Positions 16,374 through 24,822 of a stretch of 33,833 nt of DNA are shown piece after piece. A program made the translations under genes and the position numbers. Source of the DNA: Vicinamibacteria bacterium (GTDB lineage: Bacteria > Acidobacteriota > Vicinamibacteria > Fen-336); assembly GCA_041489115.1 (NCBI GenBank), contig JBGPQQ010000001.1:1-33833 (forward strand), given 5' to 3'. Every line of letters starts with the position of its first letter. The stretch's first letter is position 1. Below the pieces are notes generated by a model. That model was not told the DNA's origin. It ran no database searches and was given only the letters and a program-made list of their open reading frames with translations.

Positions 16374-17957
16374 CTACCGGTCGTTTCCCGAGTACGACAG
16401 GTCGAAGCTCTTGTTGATCACGGGGAAGTCCGGGATGATGTTGCCCGGCACGGTCTGGGCGAGCCCGGGCCAGTTCTTGAAGCTCGGGTCCGTGACCTTG
16501 ACGCGGGTGAGACGCCCGTAGGCGTCCGTTTCCACCCAGTGCAGGCAGGGTCCGCGCCATCCCTCGGCCCACCCCAGGGCCGCCGAGAATGCCGGCAGCT
16601 CCGAAGGCAGCGGGGTGAGGAGAGGCGAGTCGGGGAGCGCGGAGAGCGCCTGACGGAGGATCGCGAGCGACTGCTCCACCTCCCTCGCCCGGACCATCAG
16701 CCGGGCGCGCACGTCGCCGCCCTCCTCCACCGGCACCTCGAAATGCAGCGAGTCGTAGGCGTCGTGCGGGTGGTCGCGGCGCAGGTCCTCGTCGATCCCG
16801 GAGGCCCGCGCGGCGAGGCCGACGACGCCGAGATCCCGGGCCGCCTCCGTCGAGAGCACCCCGGTCCCGTCCACCCGGTCGGTGAAGCTGCCCGAGTCGA
16901 TGAGCAGGGTGAACAGCGACTCGAAGTCGGCCTGGAACCGACGAAGGTGCGCCTGCAGCTCCTCTCGGCCCACGGCGGACAGGTCGGTTTTCACCCCACC
17001 CGGGGCCACCGTCCCGCGGAGCAGCCGGGACCCGAAGAGCCGCTCGTGCAGTGAGACGAGGCGCTCGCGCAACAGCTGGGCGTGCGCGGCGGGGGCGGCG
17101 AAGGCCACGTCGGTGGCGACGGCCCCGATGTCCGCGACGTGGTTGTAGAGGCGCTCGAGCTCCAGCAGGACGACGCGGAGGTGGCGCGCCCGGGGCGGCG
17201 GCGGGCAGCCGGTGAGCCTCTCGATCGCGTGGGCCCAGGCGAGAGCATGGCCCACCGCCGTGTCGCCGGAGACGGACTCGGCGAGATAGAGGCCGTGGCG
17301 CCACGGCAGCCGCTCGAAGCGCTTCTCCGTCCCCTTGTGCACGTAGAAGAGGCGGAGCTGCAGGTAGAGGACGGGCTCTCCGGCCACTCCGAAGCGGAAG
17401 TGCCCGGGCTCGATGATGCCGGCGTGCACGGGGCCCACCGGCACCTGGAAGACCCCTTCGCCCGTGACGGGACGGAACGGGTGAAGGGCGCCCTCCACGC
17501 GTGGCACGGAGCGGTCGTCGGCGAAGTCCTTGCGGAGCGCCCACTCGCCCTCGGGCCAGTCGTCGTGCAGGGAGACGCGGGTCGGGTTCGGGTGGCCCTC
17601 GGGCACGAGCCCGAACATGTCCATTACCTCGCGCTCGAACCAGTTCGCGGCGGGGTGCTTCGCCGCGATCGACGGGAAGCGGGGGTGCGCGGGATCGACG
17701 CGGGTGGAAACCCGCAGGAACGTCCGGTGTCTCGGCAGGAGCCAGACCTGGTGGAGGGCGTAGACCGCGTTCCAGACGCGCTCGTCGGTGGCGAAGAGAG
17801 ACGCCAGGCGGGCTCCCAGGCCGGACACGAGGCGGTCGGCCACGGCGGGGAGCGCTTCCGGCTCGACGTCGGCCCGCAGCTCCCCGGGGCGCGGCTCGCG
17901 GATGGAGCCCGCCGGGATGGCCAGGGCTTCGGCGACGACGGCGATCGCTGGGTTCAT
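16374..17957 (-). CDS. HycE/HyfG-like NuoC-NuoD fusion large subunit lacking all four NiFe cysteine ligands (Ehr-type large subunit)
   Basis: The N-terminus is NuoC-like (NWFEREVMDMFG). The NuoD-like core has GPVHAGIIEPGHFRF. The NiFe motif positions read ESVSGDTAVGH (17247-17279) and FDLSYSGNDR (16377-16406) in place of ERxCGxCxxxH and DPCxxCxxR. The ATG overlaps the upstream stop (ATGA at 17954-17957). Confidence 0.85.
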   Translation of the reverse strand: MNPAIAVVAEALAIPAGSIREPRPGELRADVEPEALPAVADRLVSGLGARLASLFATDERVWNAVYALHQVWLLPRHRTFLRVSTRVDPAHPRFPSIAAKHPAANWFEREVMDMFGLVPEGHPNPTRVSLHDDWPEGEWALRKDFADDRSVPRVEGALHPFRPVTGEGVFQVPVGPVHAGIIEPGHFRFGVAGEPVLYLQLRLFYVHKGTEKRFERLPWRHGLYLAESVSGDTAVGHALAWAHAIERLTGCPPPPRARHLRVVLLELERLYNHVADIGAVATDVAFAAPAAHAQLLRERLVSLHERLFGSRLLRGTVAPGGVKTDLSAVGREELQAHLRRFQADFESLFTLLIDSGSFTDRVDGTGVLSTEAARDLGVVGLAARASGIDEDLRRDHPHDAYDSLHFEVPVEEGGDVRARLMVRAREVEQSLAILRQALSALPDSPLLTPLPSELPAFSAALGWAEGWRGPCLHWVETDAYGRLTRVKVTDPSFKNWPGLAQTVPGNIIPDFPVINKSFDLSYSGNDR

Positions 17958-19462
17958 GCGCCCGCCTCCACGACCCGCAGGGCCGCGCGGATCAGCGCCA
18001 CGAGCGGCCCCGGCAGGTAGAACGCCGAGACGACGGCCAGCATCGCGGCGACGAGCGTCGTGCCCATGGCCAGGTCGAGCCGCTCCGGCAGTGCCCGACG
18101 ATCCCCGGGGTTGGCGTCGGGACCCGGGACGAGCCCTGGGTCTTCACCCAGGACAAGCTTGCCCACCTGGTAGAAGAAGCCGCAGAAGAGCACGACCAGG
18201 GCGGCGAGGAAGACCGCGGTCACCGCCGGGTGGGGACCGAAGAAGCCGGCCTTGAGGATCGTGATTTCGCTGAAGAACAGGCCGAAGGGCGGGGAGCCCG
18301 TCACCATGAGGGTCGCGAGGAGAAGCAGGCCGCTCGCGACCGGCGTTCGTGCCAGCGTGCCCTCGCCGATCTCGTCGAAATCGGACGACCGGTGGAGCTG
18401 GGCGAGCGTGCCCGCCGAGAAAAACGCCACTGGCTTGGCGAACGTGTGGTAGGTCATGTGGAGCAGGGCGCCGAAGGCAGCCGTCTCCCCCCCCAGGCCG
18501 AACCCCACCGCCATGATCCCCACGTGCTCGATGCTCGAGTAGGCCAGGAGGCGCTTGAGGTTCCACTGGATGAGGATGAAGGGCGTCGCGACGAGGACGG
18601 AGGCGAGCCCCAGGGCGAGGAGCAGCCGGCCCGAGAAGGCCGGCCCCAGGACGGCCTTCGACACGAGGTGCACCCGCAGGAGGGCGTAGAGAGAGCAGTT
18701 CATCATCCCCACCGCCATCAGGACGCCGGCGGGCGAGGGCGCCTCGCGGTAGGCATCCGGTTTCCAGGTGTGCATGGGAGCGAGGCCCGCCTTGGTGCCG
18801 TAGCCGATGAGGAGGAAGACGACGGCCAGCTTCACGGTGAACGGGTTGAGCTCGGCGGCGTGGGCGAGGAGCCGCGTCCAGTCGAGGGCCGACATCTCCT
18901 CGCCGAGGACGCCCTGGCCCGACGCGAAGAGCAGCACCGTGCCCAGGAGAGCGAAGGCGAGGCCCACGCTGCCGAGGACGAGGAACTTCCAGGCCGCCTC
19001 CAGGGAGGTGTCCCGGTTGTGGAAGGCCACCAGGAACACAGACGCGAGGGTGGTCGCCTCCACCGCGATCCAAAGGATGCCGAGGTTGTTGGACACGGCG
19101 ACGAGGAGCATCGCCGCCAGGTAGGCGGGCACGAGGGCCAGCAGCTCCGTTCTCCTCTTCGCCGGGACGAAGCCCGCTCGCTCGTTGCGCTCGAGGTATC
19201 CCACGGAGTAGAGGCCCGACAGCAGGCCCACGAAGGCGGTCAGGACGAGGACCAGCGCCGAGAGGCCGTCGACGCGTAGCGCCCCGCCGAAGGCGACGGG
19301 CGTCTCTCCGGCCAGAAACCGCGCGGCCGTGGCCAGGGCGAGGCCGAAAGTCGTCGCAAGGCCGCCCAGCAGGACGGCCTCCTTGGGCCGGCGCGGGCCG
19401 GGGAGCGCGCCGATGCCGGCGGTCGCGAGAGGAGCGGCGAGCGTCGCGAGGAGGAGGTTCAC
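17954..19462 (-). CDS. hyfF: HyfF/HyfD-like antiporter-type membrane subunit (NuoM/N family)
   Basis: A polytopic 502-aa protein with a proton-antiporter-like core (…WKPDAYREAPSPAGVLMA…, …LLAYSSIEHVGIM…). The GTG at 19462 lies 1 nt after the upstream stop. Confidence 0.8.
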   Translation of the reverse strand: MNLLLATLAAPLATAGIGALPGPRRPKEAVLLGGLATTFGLALATAARFLAGETPVAFGGALRVDGLSALVLVLTAFVGLLSGLYSVGYLERNERAGFVPAKRRTELLALVPAYLAAMLLVAVSNNLGILWIAVEATTLASVFLVAFHNRDTSLEAAWKFLVLGSVGLAFALLGTVLLFASGQGVLGEEMSALDWTRLLAHAAELNPFTVKLAVVFLLIGYGTKAGLAPMHTWKPDAYREAPSPAGVLMAVGMMNCSLYALLRVHLVSKAVLGPAFSGRLLLALGLASVLVATPFILIQWNLKRLLAYSSIEHVGIMAVGFGLGGETAAFGALLHMTYHTFAKPVAFFSAGTLAQLHRSSDFDEIGEGTLARTPVASGLLLLATLMVTGSPPFGLFFSEITILKAGFFGPHPAVTAVFLAALVVLFCGFFYQVGKLVLGEDPGLVPGPDANPGDRRALPERLDLAMGTTLVAAMLAVVSAFYLPGPLVALIRAALRVVEAGA

Positions 19463-19463
19463 C

Positions 19464-20120
19464 TCATCCCCTGAGGTTCGAGAGGCGGCTCGTGTCCATG
19501 GACTCGAAACGGTCCACGATGCGGTGCACGAGGACGCCCAGGACCAGCACGGCCAGGATCACGTCGAACGAGATGCCCAGCTCCACGATCAGGGGCATCC
19601 CCGAGGTCGCCCCCAACGCGACCAGGAACACGGCGTTCTCGACCGTGAGCAGGGCCAGGATCTGGGTGACGGCCTTGCGGCGCGTCACCATGAGGAAGAG
19701 GCCCATGAGGACCATCGAGAGGGCGACCCCGACCACCTGGTGGGGCACCCCCTGGCTGGCCCCGGCCATGCCGAGGCTCACCCGGTACCCCACCACGGTC
19801 AGGCCCAGGCACAGCAGCAGCGACGCCGGCACGTTGACGTAGGGCTCGATCTCCCGCCGGATGCCCACCCGGTCGATCACCTTCTGCAGGAACCAGGGGA
19901 TCAAGACGGCCTTCAGGACGATCGTGAGGCCGGCGGTGACGAAGAGGTGGAACCGATGCTCGGTCAGGCCCATAGCGACGCCCACCGCGCCGAGGAGCAG
20001 CGACTGCAGGCCGTAGAGCCGGATGGCGACGACGAGCGCCTTCTGGCCCACCATGAGGTAGACGGTCACCAGCATCCCCGCCGCGCACAGGATCACGAAG
20101 TCGTTGGTCATTCCGGTCAC
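19464..20120 (-). CDS. hyfE: HyfE-like small membrane subunit (NuoK-related)
   Basis: A 218-aa hydrophobic protein occupying the same position as HyfE in hyf operons. The start is GTG 20120 or ATG 20111, directly abutting the upstream TAG at 20121. Confidence 0.7.
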   Translation of the reverse strand: MTGMTNDFVILCAAGMLVTVYLMVGQKALVVAIRLYGLQSLLLGAVGVAMGLTEHRFHLFVTAGLTIVLKAVLIPWFLQKVIDRVGIRREIEPYVNVPASLLLCLGLTVVGYRVSLGMAGASQGVPHQVVGVALSMVLMGLFLMVTRRKAVTQILALLTVENAVFLVALGATSGMPLIVELGISFDVILAVLVLGVLVHRIVDRFESMDTSRLSNLRG

Positions 20121-21062
20121 CTAGAAGAACCGCATCGCCAGCGCGAGGAAGCCCAGGCCGAGCGACACCGCCATCAGCTCCGGGACCCGGAAGAAGCGGA
20201 GCTTGGCGTTGGTCGTCTCGACGAGGACCACCACCACCGCGAGGGCGACGATCTTCGCGGCCAGGAGGAGCGCGGCCACGCCGAGCGCCTGTGGCCGGAG
20301 GCTCGTGGCGACGCCGAGGGGCAGGAAGAGGTTGACGAGCAGCGTCATGAAGAGCAGCTCCTTCACCGCGGAGGCCCACTCGACGAGGGCGAGGTCCGGA
20401 CCGGAGTACTCGAGGACCATGGCCTCGTGGATCATGGTCAGCTCGAGGTGGGTGGCCGGGTTGTCCACCGGGATACGGCCCGCTTCGGCGAGGAGGACGA
20501 TGAACAGCGCCGCCGCCGCCAGCAGCTCGCTGGGGTGGATTGAGACCCCGCGCTCAGCGGTGCGCCGCGCGAGCTCGCCCAGGTTGAGCGAGCCGGCGGA
20601 GAGCCCCGCCGTGAAGAGGGCCAGCATCATGGCCGGCTCCGCCAGCGCCCCGACCGTCATCTCGCGGCTCGCGCCCATGCCGCCGAAGGGGCTGCCCGTG
20701 TCCAGAGCGGCCGCCGCCAGCGCGAAGCGCCCCAGGGCCAGGAGGCCGACCAGCAGCAGGATGCCGCCCGCCCCCTCGAGGGGCGGCGAGGTGATGAGCG
20801 TCGGGACGAGGGCGGTGGCCGCGAGCGCGCTCGCGAAGTAGACGCGCGGGCCGGCCACGAAGACCCACGACGCGGTCGTCGAGCGCACGGGCTCCTTGCG
20901 CAGCAGCTTCGCCAGGTCGCGGTACGGCTGCCACAGCGGCGGGCCCTGCCGGACCTGGAAGGCCGCCTTCATCTTCTTGATCAGCCCGCGCAGGAGCGGG
21001 GCGAGCAGAAGGAAGCCGGCGGCCTGCGCGACCGCGAAGAAGGCATCGTTCATCCCCGCCAC
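20121..21062 (-). CDS. hyfC: HyfC/HycD-like membrane subunit (NuoH family)
   Basis: …LLAPLLRGLIKKMKAAFQVRQGPPLWQPYRDLAKLL… is a typical HycD/NuoH N-terminus. ATG 21053 overlaps the upstream TGA (ATGA), and GTG 21062 is an alternative. Confidence 0.8.
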   Translation of the reverse strand: MAGMNDAFFAVAQAAGFLLLAPLLRGLIKKMKAAFQVRQGPPLWQPYRDLAKLLRKEPVRSTTASWVFVAGPRVYFASALAATALVPTLITSPPLEGAGGILLLVGLLALGRFALAAAALDTGSPFGGMGASREMTVGALAEPAMMLALFTAGLSAGSLNLGELARRTAERGVSIHPSELLAAAALFIVLLAEAGRIPVDNPATHLELTMIHEAMVLEYSGPDLALVEWASAVKELLFMTLLVNLFLPLGVATSLRPQALGVAALLLAAKIVALAVVVVLVETTNAKLRFFRVPELMAVSLGLGFLALAMRFF

Positions 21063-23089
21063 CAGAGGTAGACCACGAGAACGAGGACGAGAGCCATGAC
21101 GTAGCCGAGGTAGGCGTGGAGGCTCCCCGCCTGGATGACCCGCATGCGGGTCGCCAGGCCCAGGACCGTGCGCGTGAGGGGACGGTACACGAAGCGCTCG
21201 AAGGTGGGCTCGACCTCGGCCCGGTAGCGCACCTCTCTCGCGTAGTAGGGCGCCGCCTCCAGCGTCGAGACCTCACGGGTGGGGCGGTAGATGGCGCTGA
21301 AGATCATCATCAGGGGCTTCGAGAAGGCCGTCGCGGTGTACTCCGTCTCCGGCGAGAGCTCGCCGCCGCATCCCCAGGTCGGGGCGGTGCGGCGACTGAA
21401 GGCGGTGCGCGTCGCGACGAACGTCGCGACGGCCAGCGCGGCGGCCAGGGCGAGAGCTGCCGTGGGAAGAGCGAGCCAGTCGAAACCGCCGGGGCCCGGG
21501 GCGATCCGGAAGACGTCTCCCACCAGCGCCGCGCCCGGCCGGGCGCCGATCAGGCCGCCGGCGAGGCCGGCCAGCGCCTCGACCACGGGGCCGGGGAAGA
21601 GCCCCAGCGCGACGCAGGCCGCGGCGAGGCCGGCCTGGGGCGCCAGCATCAGCCAGTGTGACTCGCGCGCCTCGCTCGCGGCCGCGCTGCGGGGCAACGC
21701 CAGGAACGTGATGCCGAAGGCCTTGACGAAGCAGGCGGCGGCGAGCGCGGTCGTCAGCCCCAGCAGCGCGGCGCCGATCGGGAAGGCGACCCGGACGAAG
21801 GTGTCCGTCGAGGTGTGGAAGCCCAGCAGGAGCGACTGGAACACCAGCCACTCGCTCACGAAGCCGTTGAGGAAGGGCAGACCCGAGATGGCCGCCGAGG
21901 CGACGAGGAAGAACCCCGCCGTCCACGGCATGCGGCGGGCGAGGCCGCCCATCTCCTCGATGTGGCGAGTGCCGGTGGCGGCGCCGACACCGCCCGCCCC
22001 GAGAAAGAGCAGCCCCTTGAAGAGGGCGTGGTTGAGGACGTGGAGAAGCGAAGCCGCGAAGGCGAGCACCGCCAGCTCGGGCCGTCCCGTCGACCGAGCG
22101 AGCATCCCGACCCCGGCGGCCACGAGGATGATGCCGATGTTCTCGATGCTGTGATAGGCGAGCAGTCGCTTGAGGTCGTGCTGCATCAGCGCGTAGAGGA
22201 CTCCCATCACCATCGAGACGGCGCCCACGGCGAGGACGAGGCCGCCCCAGGCCCCGGCCGGCACCCCCAGGCCCGCGACGCACACGCGGAAGATCCCGTA
22301 GATTCCGACCTTGATCAGGACGCCGGACATGAGCGCGGAGATCGGGCTCGGCGCTGCCGGGTGGGCCTCGGGAAGCCAGACGTGGAGAGGGATCACCCCG
22401 GCCTTCACCCCGAATCCGGCGAGGAACAGCAGGAACACGACGTCGCGGGAGGGCGCCGCCGCCGCGTGTCGTCCGAGGATGTCGGTGAAGGCGAGCGAGT
22501 GCCCGCCCGAGGCGAGGAGGAAGAAGCCCGCGACGAGGCAGCCTGTGCCGACGTGCGACATGGCCAGGTAGAGGAAGGCGGCCCGGCGGGACTGTGCGTG
22601 CTCGTGCTCGGTCGCCACCAGGGCGACCGTGGCCAGGGTCATGATCTCCCAGGCGAAGAGGAAGCCGATGGCGTCGCCCGCCAGGAAGACCATCTCGACC
22701 GAGCCCAGCAGCACGTTGAAGCCGACGCCGACGAAGGCGACTCGGCCAGGGCTCGACCCGTGGGCGAAGTAGGCCACGCTGTAGACGGCGACCGCGACGC
22801 CCAGGATGGCGAGGACCACGAGGAACCAGCCCGAGAGGGCGTCCACGGCGTAGCCCAGCGTCAGCCCCGAGGCGGCGTGGCTGATGAAGGGACCCCGGGC
22901 AGCGGCGCCGCCGGCGCCGAGACCGAAGATCCCTATACCGCCAGTGAGCAGGGACGCCGCGGCGGACCCGCCGAAGGCCGTCCAGCGACTCGCGCGCGGG
23001 CTGCGGTGGAAGGCGAGCGTGAACGCGATCGCCGCCAGACGGGCGGCGGCGGCGAGGAGCAGCCAGGCCGCGGGCTCAGCGGCGTGCAA
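21050..23089 (-). CDS. hyfB: HyfB-like antiporter-type membrane subunit (NuoL family)
   Basis: A 679-aa polytopic protein with …HVWLPEAHPAAPSPISALMSG… and …LLAYHSIENIGI…. The TTG start at 23089 is preceded by GAGAGGGGG. Confidence 0.8.
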   Translation of the reverse strand: MHAAEPAAWLLLAAAARLAAIAFTLAFHRSPRASRWTAFGGSAAASLLTGGIGIFGLGAGGAAARGPFISHAASGLTLGYAVDALSGWFLVVLAILGVAVAVYSVAYFAHGSSPGRVAFVGVGFNVLLGSVEMVFLAGDAIGFLFAWEIMTLATVALVATEHEHAQSRRAAFLYLAMSHVGTGCLVAGFFLLASGGHSLAFTDILGRHAAAAPSRDVVFLLFLAGFGVKAGVIPLHVWLPEAHPAAPSPISALMSGVLIKVGIYGIFRVCVAGLGVPAGAWGGLVLAVGAVSMVMGVLYALMQHDLKRLLAYHSIENIGIILVAAGVGMLARSTGRPELAVLAFAASLLHVLNHALFKGLLFLGAGGVGAATGTRHIEEMGGLARRMPWTAGFFLVASAAISGLPFLNGFVSEWLVFQSLLLGFHTSTDTFVRVAFPIGAALLGLTTALAAACFVKAFGITFLALPRSAAASEARESHWLMLAPQAGLAAACVALGLFPGPVVEALAGLAGGLIGARPGAALVGDVFRIAPGPGGFDWLALPTAALALAAALAVATFVATRTAFSRRTAPTWGCGGELSPETEYTATAFSKPLMMIFSAIYRPTREVSTLEAAPYYAREVRYRAEVEPTFERFVYRPLTRTVLGLATRMRVIQAGSLHAYLGYVMALVLVLVVYLWWRG

Positions 23090-23107
23090 GAGCCCCCTCT
23101 CGGGACG

Positions 23108-23569
23108 TCATCCCCGTGGTCCCGCCCCCTGCAGCCACGCGGGGTCGTAGACCAGGCGGAGACAGTGCGGACAAGGGGCGACGCCGCGGCGCTGGCGGAT
23201 GATCTGATCGAGCTTCGAATGCAGGCGCACGTGGCAACCAGAGCAGACACTCGCCACCAGGCGGACCACCGCCGGCTGTCGTCCCGCCCGGAGCGCCCGG
23301 TCGTAGGCTTCGAGGATCCCGGGCGAGATCCGCGCCCCGAGCCCCTGGCGTTCGTCCGCCATCTCGTCGTACACGGGCGTCCGCCGCGCGGCTTCACGCT
23401 CCAACAGAGCGGCGTCCAGCTCGGCCAGGTGGAGCAACGCGGAGATCTCGAGGGTCGTGCTCGTCGGGCCCGCGGTGGGCTGGCGCGCGGGGGCCGGCGG
23501 CTCGATCGGCGTCGCCTTCTTCCGGGGCGCCCGTCGGCGGGACCGGGCGCCGGTGTCGGCTTCGCTCAT
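23108..23569 (-). CDS. Coiled-coil + C4 Zn-ribbon protein (COG1579 / zf-RING_7 type), short paralogue
   Basis: The C-terminus reads CSGCHVRLHSKLDQIIRQRRGVAPCPHCLRLVY. ATG 23569 overlaps the upstream TGA (ATGA) and follows GGAG. The track start at 23584 is an alternative. Confidence 0.7.
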   Translation of the reverse strand: MSEADTGARSRRRAPRKKATPIEPPAPARQPTAGPTSTTLEISALLHLAELDAALLEREAARRTPVYDEMADERQGLGARISPGILEAYDRALRAGRQPAVVRLVASVCSGCHVRLHSKLDQIIRQRRGVAPCPHCLRLVYDPAWLQGAGPRG

Positions 23570-24186
23570 GGCTGCTCCGTCCATTCAGGGTCGTACATGA
23601 GCCGCTCGCAGTGGGGACACGGGACGAGGCGGGCCTCGCTCTGGAACTCGGAGGTGACCGCGATCGGCAGGCGATGAAAGCACCCCCAGCAGACGGCCCC
23701 GTGCGTGCCGATGGCCGCCGGCTGCCGGCCGAGGCGAAGCGCCTTCGCGTAGATCTCGAGCGCCACGCCAGGGATGCGGCTCATGAGCACGGTCCGGCGC
23801 TCGGCGAGATCGGCACACGCGTCTCGCAGGTCGGCGGACGCGGCGAGGGCGTCGGCCTGCTTCCTTTCCGCCTGTCGCATGACAAGAGCCACCCGCCTCT
23901 CCTTGCCTCGGAGCGCGCGCCGCAGCTTCTCCACCTCGGGAATGGCGGCTCCCGACTGCTCGAGCTGGTGCAGCTCCTCCCGGGCCGCCTCCAGCTCCGG
24001 AGTTAACCGTGTGAGGTCGCTCGTCGTCCGGTCGAGGATGGCGAGGGACTGCGCCACGGAAGCCTCGCGCTTCGCGAGGCCCTCGTCGAGGGCCACGAGG
24101 TCGAGCAGGGCTCGCACGTCGCCCCGGGCCGGCGCCACGGCGACCTTCGCCGTCTTTCTGCGGCACGTGTGCTCAACTCCGTCCAT
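23566..24186 (-). CDS. Coiled-coil + C4 Zn-ribbon protein (COG1579 / zf-RING_7 type), long paralogue
   Basis: ATG 24186 lies 5 nt after GAGGAGG. The coiled-coil region (…ELEAAREELHQLEQSGAAIPEVEKLRRALRGKERR…) is followed by CWGCFHRLPIAVTSEFQSEARLVPCPHCERLMY. Confidence 0.75.
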   Translation of the reverse strand: MDGVEHTCRRKTAKVAVAPARGDVRALLDLVALDEGLAKREASVAQSLAILDRTTSDLTRLTPELEAAREELHQLEQSGAAIPEVEKLRRALRGKERRVALVMRQAERKQADALAASADLRDACADLAERRTVLMSRIPGVALEIYAKALRLGRQPAAIGTHGAVCWGCFHRLPIAVTSEFQSEARLVPCPHCERLMYDPEWTEQP

Positions 24187-24658
24187 CGACACCTCCTCGT
24201 CCCGCATGGGGCGGCCGCGAGGGCGGCGAGATCGCGGCGCGGCCGCTGCGCAGGGCCCGGCGGAGAACCTCGGGTGGGGCGGGCCAGGACACGAATGCCG
24301 TTGCTCCGCCCTCGAGCGCGTCCTTGAGCCCGCGGGCGGCGGTCGTCGCGACGACGACGACTGCCGTGGAGGGAGAGATCCTCCGGCACTCCCGCAGGGC
24401 GACCATCCCCTTGAGCCCGAGGCGGTCGGCATTGACGATGAGCGCCGTCACCTCGCTCGCTCCGAGAAACGCCGGGGCTTCGCCGAGCTCGGCGAGCCGC
24501 ACAACGAAGGCGCCGTCCCGGCCGACGAGCTCCCGCGCGACGAAGGCCTCGAAATCGGCGGGCCATTCGTGCTCGTAGCCGGCCAGGGCCACGTGCAGCG
24601 GAGCGTGCTCGGGATCCTGTGCAGACGTGCCCATGGGTACCGCAGACCCGGACTGCAC
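24173..24658 (-). CDS. Stand-alone degenerate receiver (CheY-like) domain protein
   Basis: The layout is receiver-like (HVALAG…, ALIVNADRLGLKG, VVVVATT, GATAFVSWP), but the acidic pair, the phospho-Asp position and the conserved Lys appear substituted by eye. The start is uncertain (GTG 24658 or ATG 24634, no clear RBS). Confidence 0.5.
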   Translation of the reverse strand: MQSGSAVPMGTSAQDPEHAPLHVALAGYEHEWPADFEAFVARELVGRDGAFVVRLAELGEAPAFLGASEVTALIVNADRLGLKGMVALRECRRISPSTAVVVVATTAARGLKDALEGGATAFVSWPAPPEVLRRALRSGRAAISPPSRPPHAGRGGVDGRS

Positions 24659-24787
24659 GGGTCATGCCCTGCACGCGGGTCAGCCTCGAACTAGCTCATC
24701 TGGCTATGCTTATCTAGCAGGGTCTCCGGCCGTCTCGATCTGGAAGAGGCGGAAATATGCCGATTCCGCACTCGACGCTCCCCGGTG

Positions 24788-24804
24788 AAGCCCGTGGGGT
24801 GCCA
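24788..24804 (-). promoter_or_regulatory. Candidate sigma54 (-24/-12) promoter reading toward the receiver/Zn-ribbon/Ehr genes
   Basis: The minus strand reads TGGCAC-CCCAC-GGGCTT. The GG and GC have canonical spacing, but the -12 element is GGGC rather than TTGC. The site lies 19 nt downstream of the stop of the sigma54-type activator gene. Confidence 0.3.
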
Positions 24805-24822
24805 TTCCGGCATCTCGGGGGA

